The notes beneath the pieces are model-generated. The model saw nothing but the letters and a program-made list of their open reading frames with translations. It made no database searches and was not told the DNA's origin. A stretch of DNA of 55,717 bases from Candidatus Micrarchaeota archaeon (GTDB taxonomy: Archaea; Micrarchaeota; Micrarchaeia; Burarchaeales; Fermentimicrarchaeaceae), in the NCBI GenBank assembly GCA_026396385.1, contig JAPLWV010000026.1:1-55717 (forward strand), given 5' to 3'. Numbering within the stretch: the first letter of the stretch is position 1; every line of letters starts with the position of its first letter. Shown piece after piece: positions 13,369 to 21,195 of the stretch. A program made the translations under genes and the position numbers.

Positions 13369-14190
13369 CTATTGCATTTTCTTCTTCTGAGCAAGCTTCA
13401 GGGAATGCTGCGCATCCAAATCGTCGGGGTTAAGCTCAATTACTTTCCTGAAGTCCCGTATAGCCTCGTCATACTCTTCCTTATCGAGATGATCAGTGCC
13501 TCTGTTGTCATAAGCAATCGAGTCAATAACCTCAAGCTTGGAAGTTATGGCATAGATCACACGGCGTTTCTTCGTCAGCCAATCAACAGAGCAATAGCCC
13601 GGCTTTGAGTCTTGGGTTGTTTCAAAGAAGAAATCCTCGGTTCTGATACGTGTATGCTCAGGAACTATAACGAACTCAACCGGCACGCCCAATTCCCTTC
13701 CGACATCAAAGACAAGCGTGGAGCAGTTATCACAAGCCCACAAGCCCTTATCAAGGGACTCATACAGGAAGCCAACCCTGTTCTCTTCGTACTTTACACC
13801 CAAATCATACAAGTTGCCGTATAGTATGCCCCAGATTCCTGTTATGAAATCCTCCTGCAGCTGCTTCTTCCCTTCCTTTGTAAGCCCCTCGTAGGTGTTT
13901 TTGCCAGTCTTAGTGTCATAGCCGGATACTCCTTCCCCCTTCAGTATGCCTGCAACTGAGTCAACCAGGCTCAGGTACATATCTGTATATTTCTCACGCT
14001 TGCTCTGGGGCTTAAATTCCAGATCTACCTTAAGCCTCCTTGCCCCGGCATACCCCTCAGCATCAAAACGCCTTTCGGCATGAGGCGCTCTCCCAAGTTT
14101 ATCAAGCGCCAAATTTGCCCATGGATTCCCTTCCCCTGTCTTTAGTTCATCTGCTGCTTTGTATGCGCCGCCCATGCTGAAATTGCTCAT
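13369..14190 (-). CDS. Transglutaminase-like cysteine-protease-fold protein with a C-terminal TPR motif
   Basis: LWACDNCSTLVFDVGRELGVPVEFVIVPEHTRIRT fits the Cys..His core of the transglutaminase-like superfamily. The C-terminal YDNRGTDHLDKEEYDEAIRDFRKVIELNPDD is a TPR. The ORF-track start 14190 is the motif-internal ATG; ATG 14175 (MGGAYK) is more likely. Confidence 0.5.
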   Translation of the reverse strand: MSNFSMGGAYKAADELKTGEGNPWANLALDKLGRAPHAERRFDAEGYAGARRLKVDLEFKPQSKREKYTDMYLSLVDSVAGILKGEGVSGYDTKTGKNTYEGLTKEGKKQLQEDFITGIWGILYGNLYDLGVKYEENRVGFLYESLDKGLWACDNCSTLVFDVGRELGVPVEFVIVPEHTRIRTEDFFFETTQDSKPGYCSVDWLTKKRRVIYAITSKLEVIDSIAYDNRGTDHLDKEEYDEAIRDFRKVIELNPDDLDAQHSLKLAQKKKMQ

Positions 14191-14205
14191 TTTCGATATT
14201 TAAAG
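14180..14205 (-). promoter_or_regulatory. Motif B copy (CTTTAAATATCGAAAATGAGCAATTT)
   Basis: Conserved cassette. Confidence 0.6.
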
Positions 14206-14225
14206 TCAGTGCCAAGGGAAACCGC

Positions 14226-15044
14226 TCACCCTTCGTCAGCCACTTCATCCTGTCTTTTAATCCACTTTTCGTAGGTTATGACTCCCCCAGCGGTTGCGTG
14301 CCTTACGTCTAGTAATTTTGCGTTTATGTTCCTCTCCGCACGTACGTCCCTTGCGCGTAGTGCCCCGCTTACGATTACATCCCTCCCCGCGTGTACGTCC
14401 CCGTCCGTGAGTATACGCTCCATGGTTATGTCCCCTCCTGCGCTTATGCTCCTGTCGTCACTGTCTACGTTTAGCCAGGAATCACTGTGTGCGTATATGT
14501 TCCGTCCGCGTATGTTTCCCCCTACATTCATGTGCCTATAAATTATGTCTCCTACTGTTACGTCTCCGTCCACTTGTACGTCCTCTCCGTCCATGTTTCC
14601 CCCTGCGGTTACGTTTCCTCTTATGTTTGTTTTCCCCCCCATTACGTCAAAATACGCTGTTACGTCTCCTCCCACGCTTAGGCCATATACTGCCATTACG
14701 CTGCTCATTGAGGTTATGTTCCCCCCTACGATTATGTGATTTGCGTTTACCACGTCCCCTGCGTGCATGTTCCCCCCTACGTTTAGGTCCCCCATCACTG
14801 CGTATCCCTCTAAGGTTAAGTTGCCTTTGACTGTCAGGTTAAATCTCTCCTTCCCCCGAATTTCGCCCTTCACTATCAGGTCCCCATCCACCACCATGTC
14901 CTTCTCCAATATCAGGTCTCCCTTTATGACTATCGCTCCACTATTCTTCCTTTCGTCTATTTTCGGGATTTTTTTAATCTTGTCCGTAATGTCTTTCTTA
15001 ATGTCTTCATTCGTTCTCACTTTTTCTACCATAAACATCAACAT
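14226..15044 (-). CDS. Beta-helical repeat protein, bactofilin/polymer-forming-cytoskeletal-like
   Basis: Dozens of short repeats of the type GDLxVxGxhxxGDVxV (DGDLIVKGEIRG, GDLNVGGNMHAGDVV, VGGDVTAYFDVMGG, GNVTAGGNMDGEDVQVDGDVTVGD...). MVEKV N-terminus. The probable start is ATG 15032. Confidence 0.5.
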   Translation of the reverse strand: MLMFMVEKVRTNEDIKKDITDKIKKIPKIDERKNSGAIVIKGDLILEKDMVVDGDLIVKGEIRGKERFNLTVKGNLTLEGYAVMGDLNVGGNMHAGDVVNANHIIVGGNITSMSSVMAVYGLSVGGDVTAYFDVMGGKTNIRGNVTAGGNMDGEDVQVDGDVTVGDIIYRHMNVGGNIRGRNIYAHSDSWLNVDSDDRSISAGGDITMERILTDGDVHAGRDVIVSGALRARDVRAERNINAKLLDVRHATAGGVITYEKWIKRQDEVADEG

Positions 15045-15046
15045 TA

Positions 15047-15072
15047 AAATTGCTCATTTTTGATATTTAAAA
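15047..15072 (-). promoter_or_regulatory. Motif B copy (TTTTAAATATCAAAAATGAGCAATTT)
   Basis: Conserved cassette. Confidence 0.6.
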
Positions 15073-15157
15073 TCAGCACCCAGAGAAACCAAATGGATTT
15101 CTCTTTCAAATCCAGCCCAGTCCATGGAAGAATTTACTTCATAAAAATACTTGGAGA

Positions 15158-15646
15158 CTAAACCCTAATTTCGTCCGTAAGTAGAAGAGTATTATTGATT
15201 CTTGTAAATACGAACCTCCTACTGCACCTCTTGCATTGAACTTCGCAAAAGTCAGGGGATAGCCTAAAACCCACTTTATGCCCCCATGTGACTTTTTTTA
15301 TCTTTTCGTTGCATGATGGGCACTTAACATTCTCCAACATCCAGTTGCTTATAGGACGGAAGAGAAAGGGAGCAAAGCGAGTAAACGAAAACAGAAAGAT
15401 AACCGCTTCTAATAGTAATAAGCCGTATATGATATCAGTTTGTTGAGATAAAGGAATAGCCGACCAAGAAAGCAGAGCAACTATAAGCAGAAGAGGCAAC
15501 AATAACAAAACAAGCAGATTAAGATAATACCTAAAAAATGCATTCGATGGTATCATATAATGCACAGTCCTCTTCCAGTCCCGGCCTCCCCAAAAAGTCG
15601 CTATTGCCGCAACATTCATCGAATCTTTAAGTTCCTTTTCGTTCAT
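15158..15646 (-). CDS. Membrane protein with a C-terminal zinc ribbon
   Basis: Two long hydrophobic segments, then CPSCNEKIKK...CEVQCKRCSRRF (CxxC..CxxC). Confidence 0.55.
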   Translation of the reverse strand: MNEKELKDSMNVAAIATFWGGRDWKRTVHYMIPSNAFFRYYLNLLVLLLLPLLLIVALLSWSAIPLSQQTDIIYGLLLLEAVIFLFSFTRFAPFLFRPISNWMLENVKCPSCNEKIKKVTWGHKVGFRLSPDFCEVQCKRCSRRFVFTRINNTLLLTDEIRV

Positions 15647-15760
15647 GATAATCCACCAGACTAGCGTTAATATTTTTGTATATATTAACTTTGCTACCTT
15701 GCCAACCTAATATCCTCAGCCGTAACCGTCTTCCTGCATGCTTCGCCAGCTTCACCGAAT

Positions 15761-15786
15761 AAATTGCTAATTTCCGATATTTAAAG
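15761..15786 (-). promoter_or_regulatory. Motif B copy, degenerate (CTTTAAATATCGGAAATTAGCAATTT)
   Basis: Lies about 115 nt upstream of ATG 15646. A second TA-rich box sits closer to the start. Confidence 0.4.
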
Positions 15787-15890
15787 GAATGTTCGGAATG
15801 CGGAAAACACATTAATAAATATTGCTTGCATAAATCTAATGCTCGAGAGGTGAAGCAGAGTTAATCGGTTAGTTTGCGGAATCTACGAGA

Positions 15891-15980
15891 GGGCCCGTGG
15901 CGCAGCCTGGATAGCGCGGCAAGAGCAATCCCGTAAGCCTTCTAAGCTGAAGGTCGTGGGTTCAAATCCCACCGGGCCCG
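15891..15980 (+). tRNA. tRNA-Arg(UCU) carrying a ~15-nt insertion/intron at a non-canonical position, 5' of the anticodon loop
   Basis: GGGCCCG-TG-GCGC-AGCCTGGATA-GCGC-G-[33 nt instead of 17]-AGGTC-GTGGG-TTCAAAT-CCCAC-CGGGCCC-G. The loop CTTCTAA and 3' stem GCTGA parallel the tRNA-Arg(CCU) at 39497. Removing ~15 nt (AGAGCAATCCCGTAA) restores a GCAGC/GCTGA stem. Confidence 0.75.
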
Positions 15981-16028
15981 CTTTTATTTGGAGGGTAGAG
16001 GGAACCGATAGGTTCCTCTGGTGATAAG

Positions 16029-16283
16029 ATGGTAAAGACAAAACTGGAGCAGATAATCTCCTTGATGGAAGAGGTGGAGAGCGACACTTCCATTCCGAGG
16101 AACGTCAGGAAGGCGGTGAGCGACGCGAAGGAAAAGATGAAGAGCGACGAAGTCGAGCTGAGGACGAGGGCGAGCTCTGCCATATACCTGCTGGATGAGG
16201 TGAGCAACGACATAAATATGCCGATGCACGCCCGCACGCAAATCTGGACGCTGATGAGCGCCCTGGAAACCGTGAAAAGCTGA
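16029..16283 (+). CDS. UPF0147 family protein
   Basis: 84 aa. SIPRNVRKAV..AIYLLDEVSNDINMPMHARTQIWTLMSALE resembles the conserved archaeal UPF0147 pattern, recalled from memory. Confidence 0.6.
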   Translation: MVKTKLEQIISLMEEVESDTSIPRNVRKAVSDAKEKMKSDEVELRTRASSAIYLLDEVSNDINMPMHARTQIWTLMSALETVKS

Positions 16284-16288
16284 GCAGA

Positions 16289-17791
16289 ATGAATGACGAG
16301 GAGATTGTGAAATTCTTCGAGAAGGAGGAGGTCTTGCTTAGTCCCGAGGCTGTGGAGTTCCTGAAGGGAAAGGGTGACGATTCTCTTTTGAAGAAGATTC
16401 TGGAGAAGAGGGGGCAGGAGGTTTTCATAAGCAAGGAATTTATTGAGGAGCTGATTGAGGAGGAAAAGAAGATTCCGCTGCCTGCTGTCGAAGTGAAGAG
16501 GGCAAGCGATTTCAAGCCGATAGCAAAGGAGTATTCTGCCGATTTGAAGCTCATGGAGGACTGCGATGTGAGCGGAAGGTGCAACTGCGGCGGAAGCGTT
16601 GAGGATTTCGTGAATCTTTTCAGGGACAGGCTGAAGAGGACCAGAAGGATGCTGGAGATGAGGGTGGGCGCAACAGGCATGAGCAACATGACCGAGCTTG
16701 GCGGATTTGCGAAGGGAAGGGAAGTGAGGATTATCGGCATGGTGACGAGCAAGATTGTCACGAAGAACGGGCATATCCTGATTGAGCTTGAAAGCGAGGA
16801 GGGAGTTGCCAAAGTCCTCGCTTTGAAGTCCGAAAGAGAACCGGAGAGGAGCTGCTTCGAGAAGGCGAACTCCCTTCTGCTTGACGAGGTAATTGCAGTT
16901 GATGGAAGGGCTTCGGAGCCCTTTGTCATGGCAACTGACGTAATATGGCCCGATCTGCCCATAAGGAATGTCCGGGTGATAGACAGGGATTTGTGCATAG
17001 CATTCCTCTCTGACCTGCACATCGGGAGCAGGTTCTTCCTGCAGGAGCATTTCCAGAAGATGCTGGGCTGGCTGAACGGGGAGGCGGGCGGAGAGAATGG
17101 AAAGGAGCTGGTTGGGAGGATAAAATACCTCATCATAGCAGGGGATTTGGTTGACGGAATAGGCATCTATCCAGAGCAGGAGAAGGAGCTCGTGATGAAG
17201 GACATATACGAGCAGTATGACATGCTCCTGAAGTTCATAAGCTCAATACCCGACTACGTAGAAGTGATAATATCGCCAGGCAATCATGATGCTGTGAGAA
17301 GGGCTGAGCCGCAGCCATCAATCTCCAAGGAACTTCTGAAGGCAAATGACGGAAGGATGCACCTCATAGGCAACCCCTCGTTTGTCGAGATAGAGGGATT
17401 CAAGACGCTTGTTTACCACGGCACATCCCTGGACTCCATCATTGCCGGCATATCCGGCATGAGCTACCAGCATCCTGAAAAGCCCATGGTGGAGCTGCTC
17501 AAGAGGAGGAATTTAAGCCCAATATACGGCGAGAATCCTATAGTGCCTGAGAGCAGGGATTATATGCTCATAGAAGAGGTTCCGAACATTGTGCACATGG
17601 GGCACGTGCACAAGAACGGCTATGAAAACTACAAGGGAACTGTCGTGATAAATTCCGGGACCTGGCAGGACCAGACCGACTTCCAGATAAGGCAGGGGCA
17701 TACGCCAAGCCCGTGCGTACTCCCGATTCTCGATTTGAGGAGCGGCAGGATAAATGTTGTCAACTTCCTGAAAAGGGAGGCAGTTGGATGA
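16289..17791 (+). CDS. polB: DNA polymerase II (PolD) small subunit DP1
   Basis: 500 aa. OB-fold region followed by calcineurin-like phosphoesterase motifs: FLSDLHIGS, IIAGDLVDG, PGNHD, GHVH. Confidence 0.9.
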   Translation: MNDEEIVKFFEKEEVLLSPEAVEFLKGKGDDSLLKKILEKRGQEVFISKEFIEELIEEEKKIPLPAVEVKRASDFKPIAKEYSADLKLMEDCDVSGRCNCGGSVEDFVNLFRDRLKRTRRMLEMRVGATGMSNMTELGGFAKGREVRIIGMVTSKIVTKNGHILIELESEEGVAKVLALKSEREPERSCFEKANSLLLDEVIAVDGRASEPFVMATDVIWPDLPIRNVRVIDRDLCIAFLSDLHIGSRFFLQEHFQKMLGWLNGEAGGENGKELVGRIKYLIIAGDLVDGIGIYPEQEKELVMKDIYEQYDMLLKFISSIPDYVEVIISPGNHDAVRRAEPQPSISKELLKANDGRMHLIGNPSFVEIEGFKTLVYHGTSLDSIIAGISGMSYQHPEKPMVELLKRRNLSPIYGENPIVPESRDYMLIEEVPNIVHMGHVHKNGYENYKGTVVINSGTWQDQTDFQIRQGHTPSPCVLPILDLRSGRINVVNFLKREAVG

Positions 17792-20700
17792 AGCAGTATT
17801 TCGAAAGTTTGCAGAAGGGATTTGCGGAAGCATTCTCGGTTGCAGAGAAGGCCAGGGCAATGAACTTCGACCCTGACGGCAAGGTGGAGATATTGCCGGC
17901 AGAGGACATAGCCGCAAGGGTTGAGGGCATAGTCGGCCCTCCGGGGATAGCCAAGAGGATAAGGGAGCTGGGAGTGGACAAGAGGAGAGAGGTGCTGGCG
18001 TTCGATATAATGAAGGAGATACTCGAGACCGGCAAAGGCGATAAGGAAAGCGTGATAGAACAGGCCGTTAGAACTGGTGTTGCCATACTCACAGAAGGGG
18101 TGCTGGTTGCGCCAACAGAGGGAATTTCAAGCATAAAAATAAGGAAAAACCCTGACGGTAGCGATTACCTTGGGATGTATTTCGCAGGCCCTATAAGAAG
18201 CGCTGGAGGGACTGTTGCCGGACTGAGCGTTGTGCTTGCCGATTTCGCAAGGAGAAAGTTCAATATTGCAGATTACAGGCCCACCGACACTGAGGTTGAG
18301 AGATATGTTGAGGAGATAGCACTCTACGACGTGAGGGCTGCAAGGCTGCAGTACAGGCCGACTGATGATGAGGTGCGAGTCATAGTAAAGAACTGCCCGG
18401 TGTGTATTGACGGGGAGCCTACAGAAGAATTCGAGGTTTCTGTCCACAAGGATTTGCCGAGAATTGCGACCAACCGCATAAGGGGGGGAATGTGCCTTGT
18501 GATTGGAGAGGGCATAGCGCAGAAAGCCAGCAAGGTGCTGAGGTATACCAAGAGCATAGGTTTGAACTGGAGTTGGCTTGAGGCTTGCGTGAAAGTCCCG
18601 AAGAAGGAGGCTGGGGGGGAGATGAAGCCGAACAGCCTTTATCTTGATGATATAGTTGCGGGCAGGCCCATATTCAGCTATCCTTCCGAGAAGGGGGGTT
18701 TCAGGCTGAGGTACGGCAGGACCAGGATGAGCGGCATTGCCGCAAAGGCAATCCATCCCGCGACAATGGTGTTGCTTGATAACTTCCTCACGATAGGAAC
18801 GCAGATGAAGATTGAGAGGCCTGGGAAAGGGTGCATTGTCACACCCTGCAGCACAATGGAAGGCCCTTTCGTGAAGCTGAAGGGCGGCAGCGTGATGCAG
18901 CTGAAGAGCGCAGAGGAAGCTCAGAAAGTGAAAGATGATGTCGCTTTAATCCTCTCCCTTGGAGACTTACTCATTTCATACGGCGATTTCTACAAGTCAA
19001 ACCATCCTCTCATGCCTGCGGGCTACTGCGAGGAGTTCTGGCACAAAGAACTGGAGAAAAGCGCGAAGGAGAAGGGGGTAGACTCGAAGTCCATCGTCCC
19101 GCAGGAGCTTAGCGGAGAGGATGCATTCAGGATATCTGAAAAGTTTGGAGTGCCACTGCATCCCTCTTACACGTATCTCTGGCACGATATAGACACAAAT
19201 GAGCTGAGGGAGCTGGTGGACTGGCTTGCAGCTGGCAAGCTCACCTACGAGTGGTTCAAGCTGAAGGAGTTGAGGGTGGAGAAAGGAAACGGGAAAGCCG
19301 TTCTGGAGAAGCTGTGCGTGCCCCACAAGGTTGAGGGTGAAACTGTAGTGGTCAGAGAGCATGCATTCACGCTTCTCATGAGCCTTGGGATACTGCAGAA
19401 CAGGAAAATAAGCGCTGAGAAGTTCAACAGCGCATTTTCGAAAGACAAGAAAGTGATGGATATTGTGAGGGAGCTTGCAGGAGTGAAGCTGAGGGAGAAG
19501 GCCCCGGTCTACATTGGGGCCAGGATGGGAAGGCCGGAGAAGGCAAGGGAGAGGAAGATGAAGCCGGCGCCACACATGCTCTTTCCCATTGGGAACTGGG
19601 GCGGGAAGACCAGGGACATAGTGAAAGCATACAAGAAAGCGAAGGAGAACGAGAGGTTTGAGGGAAGAGGGGTTGTTGTTGAGGTCGCCAGGATGGTGTG
19701 CCCCTCGTGCAAGAGGCTCCTCACAAGCAACAAATGCCCATCCTGCGATATGAGAACACTGACTGGAAGGGTGTGCCTGAAGTGCGGAAAGGATGTTGAA
19801 GGAGAGGTCTGCGAGAGATGCAAGACAAGGGCATCCGAGTCAGATTCAAGAGGAGTTAACCTTACAATGCTGGTTGATGAGGCAGTTAAGAAGTGCGGAG
19901 AGCTTCCTGAGGAGATAAAGGGAGTGAAGGGGATGACAAGCAGGAGCAAGATACCTGAGCCCCTTGAGAAGGGAATCCTTAGGGCAAAGCACAATGTTTT
20001 CGTTTTCAAGGATGGAAGCATAAGGTTTGATTCGACAAATGTCCTGCTCACCCATTTCTACCCAAGCGAGATTGGGGTGAGCGTTGAGAAAGTGAAGGAG
20101 CTGGGTTATGAGAAGGATTTTGAGGGCAAGGAGCTGAAGGATGCCAGCCAGCTGGTTGAGCTGAAGCCGCAGGATGTGATAATTTCAGAGAGGGGCGGGG
20201 ACTATCTGACAAGGACTGCGAACTTCATTGATGACCTGCTGGTATACCTCTACGGGCTGCCTCCGTTTTATAATGTCAAGAGCAAGGAGGAGCTGATTGG
20301 AAAACTCATTGTGACCCTCTCACCGCACACCTCTTGCGGAGTGCTCGGCAGGTTGATTGGCTTCACAAAGGCAAATGTGGGGTACGCTCATCCTTACATG
20401 ATCTCCGCCCGTCGCCGTAATTGTGATGGCGACGAGGATTCAATGATGCTTTTGCTTGATGCGCTGATAAACTTCTCCAAAAAATTCCTGCCTGAGAGCA
20501 GAGGAGGGACCATGGATGCCTGCCTCGTTTTGACTACTGTAATCGACCCCAAGGAGGTTGATGATGAAGTGCATGCAATGGAGACGTGCATGGAATACCC
20601 TCTGGAGCTGTACGAGGCGAGCCTGAGGTTTGATAATCCGGGAGAGGTAAAGGTGGAGAAAGTTGTGGACAGGCTGGGCAAGCCCGAACAGTATGTAGGA

Positions 20701-21168
20701 ATAAATTTCACCCACCAGACAGGCTCCCTTCAGAATATCCCGATGGTTAGCAAATACGTAGAGCTGAAGACGATGAGGGAGAAGATAGACGCCCAATTCG
20801 TACTGTCAGAGAAGATACGCGCTGTGAAAGTGAGGGATGCTGCCGAGAGGCTTATACTGAGTCACTTCCTCCCAGACTTGTACGGCAACCTGCGCTCGTT
20901 CTCAAGGCAGATTTTCAGGTGTGTTGGATGCAACAGCAAGTACAGGAGAGTCCCGCTCTCCGGGAAGTGCAGGAGGTGCGGGGGAAAATTGGTTCTCACT
21001 ATATCCAAGGGCGGGATTGAGAAATACCTGAAGATCTCTAAGGAGCTCGTTGACAGGTATGAACTGCCTGCCTACCTGAAGCAGAGGCTCGTGTTGCTTG
21101 ACAGGGATATATGCTCTGTTTTTGGTGATGGAAACAGGAAGCAGTTCAGCCTGGCGGAGTTCATGTAG
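17788..21168 (+). CDS. polC: DNA polymerase II (PolD) large subunit DP2
   Basis: About 1126 aa from ATG 17788, which forms an ATGA overlap with the DP1 stop. The N-terminus MKQYFESLQKGF is typical. Cys clusters CPSCKRLLTSNKCPSC and CVGCNSKYRRVPLSGKCRRCGG. No intein-sized insertion. Confidence 0.9.
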   Translation: MKQYFESLQKGFAEAFSVAEKARAMNFDPDGKVEILPAEDIAARVEGIVGPPGIAKRIRELGVDKRREVLAFDIMKEILETGKGDKESVIEQAVRTGVAILTEGVLVAPTEGISSIKIRKNPDGSDYLGMYFAGPIRSAGGTVAGLSVVLADFARRKFNIADYRPTDTEVERYVEEIALYDVRAARLQYRPTDDEVRVIVKNCPVCIDGEPTEEFEVSVHKDLPRIATNRIRGGMCLVIGEGIAQKASKVLRYTKSIGLNWSWLEACVKVPKKEAGGEMKPNSLYLDDIVAGRPIFSYPSEKGGFRLRYGRTRMSGIAAKAIHPATMVLLDNFLTIGTQMKIERPGKGCIVTPCSTMEGPFVKLKGGSVMQLKSAEEAQKVKDDVALILSLGDLLISYGDFYKSNHPLMPAGYCEEFWHKELEKSAKEKGVDSKSIVPQELSGEDAFRISEKFGVPLHPSYTYLWHDIDTNELRELVDWLAAGKLTYEWFKLKELRVEKGNGKAVLEKLCVPHKVEGETVVVREHAFTLLMSLGILQNRKISAEKFNSAFSKDKKVMDIVRELAGVKLREKAPVYIGARMGRPEKARERKMKPAPHMLFPIGNWGGKTRDIVKAYKKAKENERFEGRGVVVEVARMVCPSCKRLLTSNKCPSCDMRTLTGRVCLKCGKDVEGEVCERCKTRASESDSRGVNLTMLVDEAVKKCGELPEEIKGVKGMTSRSKIPEPLEKGILRAKHNVFVFKDGSIRFDSTNVLLTHFYPSEIGVSVEKVKELGYEKDFEGKELKDASQLVELKPQDVIISERGGDYLTRTANFIDDLLVYLYGLPPFYNVKSKEELIGKLIVTLSPHTSCGVLGRLIGFTKANVGYAHPYMISARRRNCDGDEDSMMLLLDALINFSKKFLPESRGGTMDACLVLTTVIDPKEVDDEVHAMETCMEYPLELYEASLRFDNPGEVKVEKVVDRLGKPEQYVGINFTHQTGSLQNIPMVSKYVELKTMREKIDAQFVLSEKIRAVKVRDAAERLILSHFLPDLYGNLRSFSRQIFRCVGCNSKYRRVPLSGKCRRCGGKLVLTISKGGIEKYLKISKELVDRYELPAYLKQRLVLLDRDICSVFGDGNRKQFSLAEFM

Positions 21169-21195
21169 GCGAATAACCAGAGCTATGCATCAGAA

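Noticed and set aside
1-15980. Classical tRNA-targeted integrated element (provirus or plasmid) bounded by tRNA-Arg(UCU)
   Set aside because: I recognised no integrase, no capsid or replication genes, and no direct repeat of either tRNA end inside the region. The region lies 5' of the tRNA rather than 3'. I treat it as a variable hotspot instead.
15962-17166. Two long minus-strand ORFs (362 and 353 aa) opposite the PolD DP1 gene
   Set aside because: Their translations are low-complexity (Ser/Leu/Pro-rich) with no motifs. The + strand frame has unambiguous DP1 motifs, and one of the ORFs would run through the tRNA-Arg gene. They are shadow ORFs.
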